Shown here in pieces: positions 31,299-40,275 of a DNA stretch of 64,000 nt. Below the pieces are notes generated by a model. That model ran no database searches, was not told the DNA's origin, and saw only the letters and a program-made list of their open reading frames with translations. The DNA is taken from NCBI GenBank assembly GCA_963664015.2, contig CAXXLF010000001.1:160001-224000 (forward strand), given 5' to 3'. The position numbers were made by a program, and so were the translations under genes. Position 1 is the first letter of the stretch, and each line of letters begins with the position of its first letter. The stretch comes from Candidatus Binatia bacterium (GTDB taxonomy: Bacteria > Desulfobacterota > Binatia > UBA9968 > CAXXLF01).

Positions 31299-31363
31299 AT
31301 TCTCCAGTGGTATTTCAGAAAGGACAGTAGTATGAGCAGGAGTTCCGCTTAAAGTAGGATTCC

Positions 31364-31666
31364 TTGATTTCTCCTGGATGGAACTCTAGAGGCGAACAAG
31401 GGAACCCAAGGAGCTCACAAGACCCGGAGAAGCAAATAGAGCAGGCTTTTATCAAGATGAAGGACGTTATCGAGGCCGCAGGCGGGACAACGGATAATAT
31501 CAGAAAGGTCATTGTTTATTTGAAAAACTTCCAATACAGGCAGCTGGTTAATAAAGAGTGGCTCAAGATGTTTCCGAACGAGAACGATCGCCCTGCACAC
31601 CATGTGATGAAAGCTGATCTCCAGGGCAATGTCCTCGTTCAGCTTGACGTCATTACGGCCTTGTAG
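31364..31666 (+). pseudogene. N-terminally truncated RidA paralog
   Basis: From about 31415 it aligns with 23135-23521 (AGGTTD, EWLxMFPNENDRPA). The conserved Arg is changed (RPAHH). Confidence 0.75.
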
Positions 31667-32205
31667 AAAGTTGAGGGACCGCCAGCAGCGCAAAGAATAG
31701 TAGGAGCACCTTAAGAAATATAACGAAAGAAAGCAGTTTTCACATGGCAAGAGTGACAATCCCAGAATTGCGGCAGATGAAACGGGGAAAACAGCCAGTC
31801 CGTACTTTGCTAGAAGTTCAGGCCGTACCAATGAGGATTGAGCAATGAACATGGACCTTTACACGAAATCAATTATTGCCGTTCTGGCACTGGCGGTGTT
31901 GCCGAGCAGGTGTGGATCAACAAGCCCAACGAAGTTGATATCAAGTCGATCAGGGCCGTCAACTCCCTTGAAGGCATAGGTGGTTCCCAAAACGGCTTCC
32001 ACAATGGCGTTATAAAGAACGAACGGGAGTCCGGTAGGGCTCCAGGTAGGGGGTAAAATCAGGTGAGTGAGGATCTTGCTCACTAATTTCCAAAGGGTCG
32101 GTGTCTCATTTCATTGACAGGTTCCGCTTTGTCGAACCATATTTAGCTCAGTGCAAACACCGAATGGGAATTAAGATGAAAGGATCAGAGACTGACTCCG
32201 AACTT

Positions 32206-32625
32206 TCATGGGTTAGACTCTCTATGCTTAGTAGCCATTTCTAAAAGGATATCCATAAGCGGGAACCCGACCGCCTTTGCTTTCATAGAAGCTGTTCTAT
32301 GATATCTTGCAAAGGCATAGGGCACAATTATCGCACTATCAATTACACCATGCCCTTTGGTTATCTCAAGAGCGAAGCCCACTTCTCCTCCCTCCTGTTT
32401 ACTCCCGAAACCTACTAAAACCCCTGCGCCAGGATTTCGAGCCAGTCCTTTTTCCTCATAATAATGAAACACCACACTTGACAAACTTATTCCATTTTTT
32501 GACAGCCACGGCTCGGCTTCGTTCAGAGCCTCGTGGCCTTTAAGTGCTTTCGTCTTTGATGATCCTCTAATGAAAAAGAACCACGCCGCAATGATTATCG
32601 CTAAGAGCCAGAACAGGTTTTCCAT
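32206..32625 (-). CDS. Membrane-anchored hypothetical protein
   Basis: N-terminal TM helix, AGGAGG RBS, AT-rich. Confidence 0.7.
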   Translation of the reverse strand: MENLFWLLAIIIAAWFFFIRGSSKTKALKGHEALNEAEPWLSKNGISLSSVVFHYYEEKGLARNPGAGVLVGFGSKQEGGEVGFALEITKGHGVIDSAIIVPYAFARYHRTASMKAKAVGFPLMDILLEMATKHRESNP

Positions 32626-32696
32626 TGAATCCTCCTAATTCACACATCCTAAACCTATTAGATCCTCATCTATGATCTTTATGAACTATTACATTC

Positions 32697-32900
32697 TTAG
32701 GCATTTTCTAAGTGAAAGTAATAGATCACGATACTAACTATCGATAGAATTAAAGTTAAAGGAGCAACTACCATTTTAGTAGTGAAGAACGTGAGAATTA
32801 CCAAGAAAATCCCAATGGCCCACCAGAGGTACACAACATCCGGTCTGTCCCACAGCAAATAAAGCGCTATGGCCCCCAGGATATACGCGAAAATACTCAT
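32697..32900 (-). CDS. Small hydrophobic hypothetical protein
   Basis: MSIFAYIL..., 67 aa, three hydrophobic segments. Confidence 0.45.
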   Translation of the reverse strand: MSIFAYILGAIALYLLWDRPDVVYLWWAIGIFLVILTFFTTKMVVAPLTLILSIVSIVIYYFHLENA

Positions 32901-33263
32901 CGTTCTGGGAGCAATAGCACGAAGGAAGAGCTGGTGTCTAGACACGGCACAGCGAGGATCGGACATCTCAAACCCAGCCGCAAATCACCCTGGATATAAG
33001 CGGGAAGGGACACGACTCGTTGGTTCTTCACTAAAGAGAGTTTTATTGTCAATGGTAATTCGGATGAGAGAGTGTTTTGAATTTAGCTTATTGGTGGGAT
33101 ATGAGTTGTGATCCGTCAATAGTATGTGGGATTACTCCTGCGTCAATTAATTCCTTCCGCGTTGGGTACCACATTTTACCCGATGGTACCCTAAATGCCT
33201 TCTCGACCATTTCCCTCTTTATCCCTGACCGGATGAACTCCTTATACACTCAGTAATGCTGGA

Positions 33264-34346
33264 TTACAGCCCGTAGAGCCGTTGTGGGTTCTCGAAGAGG
33301 ATTTTCTCTCTCAAACGCGGCGAGATATCCTCTCTCTCGCTCAACTCCTTCACCATGTCTTCCTGACGCGAAGGGTCGCCGTGAGGGTAGTCCGATCCAG
33401 TCACGAGGCTGTCTTCGCCAATAAACGAAGCGATGTAGTTGAGGTCCTCATCTGCTTCGCAGCCGACGTAGACTCTCCCATCTCGGAAATACTTTGCGGG
33501 ATCGGTAGAGTTTCCCTGCCTTCCCGGATTGGTTTTAACCTGGCGCAACACGAATGGAAGCCAGACACACCCGGATTCCAGGAACGCGAGTTTGAGACGC
33601 GGGAAGGTTTCCATCACCCCCGAGGTCATTAAGCTAAAAAACCCCATCAGGACGGGGAGTATGGCGCTGTAGAAATTCGTGCGGGCATCGAAGACCTCCG
33701 TGTGTTCGGGGCTGCCCCAACCAAGATGAACGCACAGGGGAAGGTCGAGACGTGCCGCTTCCTCGTATAGGGGGAAGAGCGTTGGGTGGCCGAGAACGGG
33801 CTTGTCCCACGCCAGACCGTGAAGCATCACCGACGCCGCGCCGATCCCCTTGACCCGTTTAAGTTCACGGATCGCTTCCGGTATATCCCTTATGGGCAAT
33901 AAGGCTGCGAACATGATACGGCCGTTTGACTGGGTAAATACGTTACCCAGAAAGCTGTTGTAGGCGCGCAGTAGCGCAGCCTCGAACTCGACATCGTCCG
34001 TGGTCGTGCTCAGAAATAGGCTAGGGTATACGATTTGCTTGTCAATCCCCATTTTGTCGAGGTCTTTGAGCCGCGCGGCTACATCGGTCAGCTCCTGGGC
34101 TGGTATCGATTCATGCTTTTGCTTTGCGGATTCCATCAGCGTGGGGGTGCGAAAGATGACCCCGCCTTTGCCAATGAGTTTGGGATACACCTTTCCATCG
34201 ATCAGCCACACTGCGTTGTTGGCGCCGTACACGGTGTCCCGGGCAAACCCGAGGGGAAGCGGCCTGCGCTCACGATACTTGTCTTCGATCAATTCAAACA
34301 TTGCTGGGGATTCTTCGATGTGCCCGTCCGCGTCAATAACAACCAT
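33264..34346 (-). CDS. Amidohydrolase_2 family protein (LigW/LigY/ACMSD-like superfamily)
   Basis: IDADGH, LCVH, FLESG, GSDYPHGD. AGGAGGG RBS. Confidence 0.9.
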   Translation of the reverse strand: MVVIDADGHIEESPAMFELIEDKYRERRPLPLGFARDTVYGANNAVWLIDGKVYPKLIGKGGVIFRTPTLMESAKQKHESIPAQELTDVAARLKDLDKMGIDKQIVYPSLFLSTTTDDVEFEAALLRAYNSFLGNVFTQSNGRIMFAALLPIRDIPEAIRELKRVKGIGAASVMLHGLAWDKPVLGHPTLFPLYEEAARLDLPLCVHLGWGSPEHTEVFDARTNFYSAILPVLMGFFSLMTSGVMETFPRLKLAFLESGCVWLPFVLRQVKTNPGRQGNSTDPAKYFRDGRVYVGCEADEDLNYIASFIGEDSLVTGSDYPHGDPSRQEDMVKELSEREDISPRLREKILFENPQRLYGL

Positions 34347-34644
34347 GTTACCCTCCTGAGCGTGTACTTAAATGTCGGAACCTACAGGCATCCTCAATAT
34401 ATCACGGCTATTGGGGGAGTAAAGGGGGTCGAGAGGAGGGCAGGGGGGGGGAGCGGCCGCCAAGAGGAGTCTTAAGAGGAACAATAAAGAGCAAACGAGA
34501 TTGAAAGGCCTCCCTAAATTCATATGCTGCTCAGTACCCTTCAAGTTACTAGACAATGCCTCATTCATGGCCTTCTCCATTCCGCCATAGAGAATATCCT
34601 AAGCCTAATCATAGTTTCGGGCTAAAGCAAAGCTGATTACCAGG

Positions 34645-34673
34645 TTGACAGCCCTTTGGAGTAGTGGGAGAAT
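34645..34673 (+). promoter_or_regulatory. Putative sigma70 promoter upstream of the S1/P1 nuclease region
   Basis: TTGACA-17 nt-GAGAAT with an extended TG. Confidence 0.35.
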
Positions 34674-35092
34674 TACGTCGCCTATGAGATCACCATGCAT
34701 CCGACTATGGAAGTGTCATCATAGCTTTTCTAGCTTAATGGTCAGCCTCATTTTGAGGCCATAGCACTTGCAACAGCTCAGGTCGAGCAGTCAAAGGAGA
34801 AACCTTATAATTCCTGTGCCGAAAGACCAACATTATTGAGCCTAATAGATCAGAAAGAGAGTGCAGGCATTGCTATGACAATGACGGAAACTCGAACTGG
34901 TCAAAAAATGACTCCAGAAGAGGCCGTAGAGAAATATATTTCTAAATGTTATAAGAAGCTTTCAACTCTACCTGGCCTTAAAGAATTACAAATATTCACC
35001 AAACCTTTGGAAACTAAGCTGGAGTTTATGTAGTGGTGTTACGGAACAGGCGAGAAAAGACTAGGCCTTAACTGGGTTCCCCAGCGTTATCC

Positions 35093-36274
35093 ATGGCCAA
35101 ATACCTTTACCGCTCCTGTTCGATTATAAGTTTAGTCGCGGCTTTCAGCACGATCTTCGCCTACGAGGTCCATGGCTGGGGAGATACAGCTCATAGAATA
35201 ATCTGTGAGATTGCCTTCCGAGAGGCGAATACTGCTGCACAAGCTGAGGTGAAGCGGCTAATTCGCTTGGACCCTGAGTTCTCCACCTTCTCAGATTCAT
35301 GCACTTGGCCAGATCATCCACGAAAACGTGCCAGTGAACATTTCGTGAATCTGCCACGTTCAGCTACTCAGCTTGAAAATTATCCATGTCCACTGGCTGA
35401 CAAGTGCCTTGTGACAGCAGTAAATGCCGACCTTGCGATTATTGCTGATTCCGCTGGCATTGACACGAATAGGCTCATGGCATTGAAGTTCCTTGGGCAT
35501 TGGGTTGGTGACGTTCACCAGCCACTGCATGTGTCTTTCAGGGATGATCGCGGGGGAAACTCCATCAAGGAGACGGGACCATGTTCAGGGAACCTTCATT
35601 CCGTGTGGGATGGCTGTATTCTTATTAGAAAACTCGGCAGGGACATCGGGAGCATTGCCACTGATCTACGTGGAGCCGTTACCCCGGCTGATCGTAACCA
35701 ATGGAACAACACAGCTCCAAAGATGTGGGCCAATGAGTCCTTCGAGATCGCAACGTCTGGCGCAGTTGAATATTGCATCAAAAAAGACAGTGAATGTTGG
35801 TACGCAGCCGACAATAGGGAACTTGACCCCAATGAGGCAAGACGAGTGGTTGTTGTTGACAACGCCTATATGGAGAGGCAACTCCCAACTGTCAAAACAC
35901 GCCTCACTCATGCTGGTGTTCGCCTTGGTCACCTGCTCAATCAGGCCTTGGGCGGTCAACATGAGAAAGACCCTATGGCAAGATTCAATATTACCAATTT
36001 AGCGACACGTATTCGTAAGACTGGGGCCATTGGCTTTTTCACGAAACTGACACTCAAAAACCAGATTGATGATCTGCTTAGCGAATTTCAAAGGTTTCAT
36101 ACAGGATCTGGTGACATTGAGCTTCCTGTTTTAAATGACCATTTCAATCTTCTGCTCATGAAAGTCATTACGTTGTTACAGGATGATGATCCAAAGTTAT
36201 TTCAGGACATTGTGAGTGCTCGGGAGATTTTATGGATTAACCTCGCCGATCCCGAAAGGTTCCAACGGTTATGA
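35093..36274 (+). CDS. Secreted S1/P1 nuclease with an additional ~100-aa helical C-terminal domain
   Basis: Signal peptide ending VHG|WGDTAH, WPD, HFVN, HWVGDVHQPLH, GGN, NLHSVWD, AGVRLGHLLN. Confidence 0.92.
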   Translation: MAKYLYRSCSIISLVAAFSTIFAYEVHGWGDTAHRIICEIAFREANTAAQAEVKRLIRLDPEFSTFSDSCTWPDHPRKRASEHFVNLPRSATQLENYPCPLADKCLVTAVNADLAIIADSAGIDTNRLMALKFLGHWVGDVHQPLHVSFRDDRGGNSIKETGPCSGNLHSVWDGCILIRKLGRDIGSIATDLRGAVTPADRNQWNNTAPKMWANESFEIATSGAVEYCIKKDSECWYAADNRELDPNEARRVVVVDNAYMERQLPTVKTRLTHAGVRLGHLLNQALGGQHEKDPMARFNITNLATRIRKTGAIGFFTKLTLKNQIDDLLSEFQRFHTGSGDIELPVLNDHFNLLLMKVITLLQDDDPKLFQDIVSAREILWINLADPERFQRL

Positions 36275-36297
36275 TGCCGAGCGATAAGGAGAGGTCC

Positions 36298-36537
36298 ATG
36301 CGCATCAGCAATTCACCAGTTGCATTTTTGTTCACCGTTCTTTTACTGTCCCAGGCTGGTTCTTTCAATACAGCCAAGGACCTCAGCACCGTCATCACCC
36401 TTCAGGGTAAGCCCTGTGGCACGGTGACGAGTTTCGAGAAGCTCGGTGACAACGACTATCTTGCCCAGTGCTCTTCCGGTGATGTGTACCGTGTATATGT
36501 CAACAACAAGGGCCGTGTCATTGTTGTGAAGCGGTGA
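36298..36537 (+). CDS. Small secreted two-cysteine protein
   Basis: AAGGAGAGG RBS, signal peptide, GKPCG...YLAQCSSGDVYRV. Confidence 0.75.
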   Translation: MRISNSPVAFLFTVLLLSQAGSFNTAKDLSTVITLQGKPCGTVTSFEKLGDNDYLAQCSSGDVYRVYVNNKGRVIVVKR

Positions 36538-36785
36538 TTGGTTTCTATGTCCAAGTGGAGTTGATGGCAAGCAATGGCGGGTAATATGGCAACAGTAGAC
36601 AAAGGCGGACAGGTGTGGGAGTTGAGGTGATGGATTCTCAGGTTGGCGCATTCTTCACCCGCCCCCCTACTTTGCCCATTCTCAACTCTAAGGACAGGGG
36701 TTAGAGACACCTATCTGCCCGGTGTAAGGGTAGTACTAGGATTAGGGTGCTGAGAGTCCAAATTAAGAGCGTTAACGATATTGGT

Positions 36786-37241
36786 TTACTCACCCTTGGG
36801 CCCCTTATCCTCTATTATGGAAGCTGCCAGCTTGGCTAATAGCCTGTCCTCATCCTCCAGATCACGTTTGTTGATGACGGCTACGTTCTCGGTGCTCTCT
36901 CCCGCCTGAAGGCGCTCCTTGTCAAAGATGATGCCGTAGACCACCGCTGCCTGCGCTGCACTTGCTGCTGGTAGCTTGTCCTCAATCTGGATTAGACACT
37001 TTTGGGAAAGTTCCAGGGTACCGGTTTGTAGCTGCTTTTTTACCTCGTTCCGGTACTCCTTGAACCGTTCATCGTTATTCAGGATCTCACGCCATTCGGG
37101 TTCTCCATAAATGATGCCGTAAATAGTCCGTCGTGGAATCCCCGTAGCCTCGACTATCTCACCCATTCGGATTCCAGCCTCATGCAAGGCCGCGGCCCTC
37201 GCTGCATCTGGTAGGCTTGTGCGGTGTCGTCCTTTCGCCAT
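36786..37241 (-). CDS. Phage-type HTH protein, terminase small subunit-like
   Basis: N-terminal HTH (EIVEATGIPRRTIY), helical middle, AVVYGIIFDKERLQAGESTEN tail reminiscent of phage TerS-like proteins. GAGAGG RBS. Confidence 0.55.
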   Translation of the reverse strand: MAKGRHRTSLPDAARAAALHEAGIRMGEIVEATGIPRRTIYGIIYGEPEWREILNNDERFKEYRNEVKKQLQTGTLELSQKCLIQIEDKLPAASAAQAAVVYGIIFDKERLQAGESTENVAVINKRDLEDEDRLLAKLAASIIEDKGPKGE

Positions 37242-37613
37242 TGTGTGTTACCTCTCATTGATTGAATAACCCCTTTTTTAAATTTGGTAAATCAGGCTAG
37301 GGGACCCCTTATGTGATGCCCCTGGGGGGGGCACCTTTGGTCCCGTGAGTGAATTTGCCTACCTCCCCTACCCCATATGCCCATACCGGGGGGTGTGCCG
37401 CCTTGCCCTTGTCGCTGCTCGCCCTGTAGCATCTCTCAGGGATTCAATATCGAAACACCTGGATACCACCTCGTTCACCGTGCCCGTTTACCGTTCCCGA
37501 CCCTTGGGCTTAGGCCTATCCACCTCCCCAGCGGACATGCACCCCTTGTGGTCAAGCGCCGCCTTGTGCCTTGGTTTCGCCGTTCGTTTCATCTGAACCC
37601 CCTTCTGGAGACT

Positions 37614-37812
37614 CGGACAAAACACGGACAGGCAACGAACAAGGCTTACCAGTCAAGGGATATTTAGGGAACCATAGATTGGCAGTCCAGGGTTCAGGGC
37701 CAGGATAGCCCCCAAATTCGCTGGATCTAGACCACGGTAAGGACCCACCCGTTTTGAACTGGGCGGTATATGGCCCTTGGATGGGTCCATTCCACTGTCC
37801 GATAACTGTCCG
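37614..37812. repeat. Putative arm-type sites near attR: CGGACA x2 (37614, 37625) and TGTCCG x2 (37796, 37807)
   Basis: Same hexamer and 11-bp period as the attL pair. The two pairs are inverted relative to each other. Confidence 0.7.
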
Positions 37813-37918
37813 TGAATAGGTCCCTACAATTCCCCAAAGATGCGTCACGGGGGCTTATCAGGCCCCAATAACCGTTGGTTTTTATTGCATGGGTTGGTTG
37901 TTGTGAGTATACGAATAC

Positions 37919-37964
37919 AATCGCACTCTAGAGGTCGTAGGTTCGATCCCCATCGGCTCCACCA
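37919..37964 (+). repeat. attR: duplicated 3' half of tRNA-Ala
   Basis: AATCGCACTCTAGAGGTCGTAGGTTCGATCCCCATCGGCTCCACCA. G>A at 37939 relative to the tRNA. Confidence 0.95.
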
Positions 37965-38072
37965 TTCGATTCACCCTTCGATAAGCTCAGGGCTCGCTCA
38001 TGGCACGCCAGTAAAGATTAACTAACAACCTACCACGGCAGGTCGAATGGTGCCCCGAGCCTGTCGAGGGGC
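37961..38072. repeat. REP-like structured element with two interleaved inverted repeats
   Basis: ACCATTCGA (37961-69) pairs with TCGAATGGT (38043-51). CCCTTCGATAAGCTCAGGGC (37974-93) pairs imperfectly with GCCCCGAGCCTGTCGAGGGG (38052-71). Confidence 0.65.
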
Positions 38073-38201
38073 AATCAATTTTCCTAGATCTTCACTTGCG
38101 GCGATTCCGCCAATTTTGCTAAACAAATTTTTGGAACATAGGACAATGGAAAATGTTTAAATGCAGTCTAATGTTCTATAGATCGACTATCCCAAGCTTC
38201 A

Positions 38202-38627
38202 TCATTCCGTCGAGTCAGGATTTGGAAACACCATTGCCTCTCTTGAAAAACGAGTCAATCCCCCATACCCCATGCTTGCAATGTAGAGGAATAGAAAAGA
38301 ATAGAAGACCGCTCGTTCTCCCTGGTTTAACATAGGCCAAAATCCACGATGGAAGTGTCCCATAAAATAGGCAACGGCCATCTCCCCACTCGCCACAAAA
38401 GCCGCGTAACCTGTAAGGAACCCCACCGCAATCATCAAACCGCCAAGGAACTCGATGGAACCGGCCAACCCCGTAAGGGAAAAGAGAGGAGCGGCCGTAT
38501 CGGTTCCTCCCCTTCCGCCAAATACTCCAAATATTTTTCGGGATCCATTACAGGCAAAGAGGAGACCTACGACAATACGCATCAACGCATAAGCATACTG
38601 GGAATACAGTCCTAAGAATCTTTCCAA
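38202..38627 (-). CDS. DoxX family membrane protein
   Basis: AAGGAGG RBS with TTG start. ALMRIVVGLLF, AGSIEFLGG, ASGEMAVAYF, NQGERA. Confidence 0.88.
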   Translation of the reverse strand: MERFLGLYSQYAYALMRIVVGLLFACNGSRKIFGVFGGRGGTDTAAPLFSLTGLAGSIEFLGGLMIAVGFLTGYAAFVASGEMAVAYFMGHFHRGFWPMLNQGERAVFYSFLFLYIASMGYGGLTRFSREAMVFPNPDSTE

Positions 38628-38674
38628 AAAGTACCTCCTTGAAGGAAACAGCCTCCAATGAAGCAGGCCACAGC

Positions 38675-39865
38675 TCAATAGATAAAACGAGGACGCAACC
38701 GCAAGATGCGGTCATCCTGTGGCGTGGGGCTGCCACGACCGTCTTGGTTACTAGTGGCGAGGTACAATTCCCCCTGGGGTCCCACCAGGACATCACGGAG
38801 ACGACCGAATTTTCCCTTGAAGTGAACTTCCTGCCTAACAACACGGTTTCCATCGGGTGAAAATTGAAGGCGAAAAAGCGCCTGGCCGCGCAGGGTGGTA
38901 AAAAGTAGACTTCCCCTCCAACCGGGGATAAGATCCCCACTGTAAATGTCTGCACCCGAGGGCGCGACTGTTGGAGTCCATGCGGCCATGGGTTCAATGA
39001 TTTTATGCTTCGAGCAGAATTCTTTTTCACCCCACGCATCGCCGTCGCAGAATCCCCGCACCTTGGGCCAACCGTAGTTTCCACCCTTCACGATCCTGTT
39101 GACCTCGTCGTTATCCGCAGGACCGTGCTCCGTGATATATAGAGCTCTGTTGGATGGATGGAATACAATTCCCTGGGGGTTTCGATGCCCATAGGAATAG
39201 ACCGCGGTGCCAAAGGGATTATCTGCCGGGACTTCTCCGTTTAGCGTGAGGCGAAGGACCTTCCCTGCCAATGACGTCCTCTCCTGTGCCAGTGACTTAT
39301 CCTGGGCATCACCGGTTGTCATATAGAGCATTCGATCCGGCCCAACAACCAGGCGAGAACCGTTATGATTCCCGGCCCCTGGAATACCATCCAGAAGGAT
39401 TTGCTCGCTTACCAGCGCAGAACCGTTATAACGCATCCGTACGAGTCGATTCAGCAATTCATCGTTCTCTTCATACGAGTAAACGAGATAGACATAGGGA
39501 TTCGTAGTAAAGTCTGGGTGGAAGACCATACCCATAAGCCCGCTCTCGCTAACCTCCGTCACATCAATTCGACCGACAGGCGACACCTTTCCGGTAGCTG
39601 GATGGAGACGGAAAACCATACCCCTACGTTCGGTGAACCAGATGCTCCCGTCTGGACCCCAGTTTATGTCCCATGGGGTATCCAATCCTGATTTGATCGT
39701 CTCGAAAGAGAATTCGCCGGTGAATTTGCCGGATTGGACAGCGGCTCGTTGTTCTCGACCGGACGGTATGGGGGTTGCCCCACGTCCAGTTCCTGTCCTC
39801 AGACCCAAAAGAACAAAGAGTAAAACAATCAGGTTCAACCATCGCCAATAATTCATTGAAGGCAA
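38675..39865 (-). CDS. PQQ-dependent sugar dehydrogenase (GSDH/YliI family)
   Basis: GLDTPW, ESGLMG, HNGSRL, SLAGKVLR, YSYGHRNPQG, NYGWP, GRLRDV. Confidence 0.92.
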   Translation of the reverse strand: MPSMNYWRWLNLIVLLFVLLGLRTGTGRGATPIPSGREQRAAVQSGKFTGEFSFETIKSGLDTPWDINWGPDGSIWFTERRGMVFRLHPATGKVSPVGRIDVTEVSESGLMGMVFHPDFTTNPYVYLVYSYEENDELLNRLVRMRYNGSALVSEQILLDGIPGAGNHNGSRLVVGPDRMLYMTTGDAQDKSLAQERTSLAGKVLRLTLNGEVPADNPFGTAVYSYGHRNPQGIVFHPSNRALYITEHGPADNDEVNRIVKGGNYGWPKVRGFCDGDAWGEKEFCSKHKIIEPMAAWTPTVAPSGADIYSGDLIPGWRGSLLFTTLRGQALFRLQFSPDGNRVVRQEVHFKGKFGRLRDVLVGPQGELYLATSNQDGRGSPTPQDDRILRLRPRFIY

Positions 39866-40275
39866 TCCGCTAATCAGGTTCCATCTAATTCCGCTACCAA
39901 CATCATAACAGATATCTCGAATACTTTAGCACTCCTAATTATCCTATTGGAAACCCCCGTAGGGGGCCCCATCCTATGAGCAAATAGCTCCATTAGGAAA
40001 AAAATTATCTTACATCTCGCGCCTTTTCAGCCGCCTAAGTTTTCGTTCAATAGAGTTGGGGTCATTCGTACAATTCTGTAACGCATGTCTTATTTTCAAA
40101 CGGCCACACTAAGTAGGGAAGATGCTCAAAGATCATTGGGAATCGGCACTTACCGATTAGGCATATTCCTTGCTGGAGTGTCACGGAAATACACAAAGGC
40201 GGGGAGAAAAAAACACTGGAGTTTACGGCAGGCAACTGTGAGTAAAAATAAAGTTCTCTTTTTGAGAAGATAACC

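Larger units (their letters stand above)
28687..37964. mobile_element. Integrated island (~9.2 kb) at tRNA-Ala(CGC), degenerate
   Basis: 46-bp direct repeat of the tRNA 3' half (28687-28732 and 37919-37964, 1 mismatch), adjacent integrase remnant, arm-type repeats, AT-richer ORFan cargo. Confidence 0.92.

Noticed and set aside
30978-33260. Integron cassette array
   Set aside because: No recurring attC-like palindromes between the small ORFs, and the integrase lacks the IntI-specific insertion.
34368-34580. ORF with a G9 tract as a phase-variable gene
   Set aside because: No recognisable product in the alternative frames. Probably a remnant or spurious ORF.
34836-35033. 65-aa ORF upstream of the S1/P1 nuclease
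   Set aside because: No convincing RBS or motif, so not called. It could be a gene remnant.
37919-37964. Second tRNA-Ala gene
   Set aside because: Only the 3' half is present and G>A at 37939 breaks the T-stem. It is attR.
38202-38275. DoxX C-terminal frameshift (VWGIDSFFKR in an alternative frame)
   Set aside because: Affects only the last residues and cannot be distinguished from natural variation.
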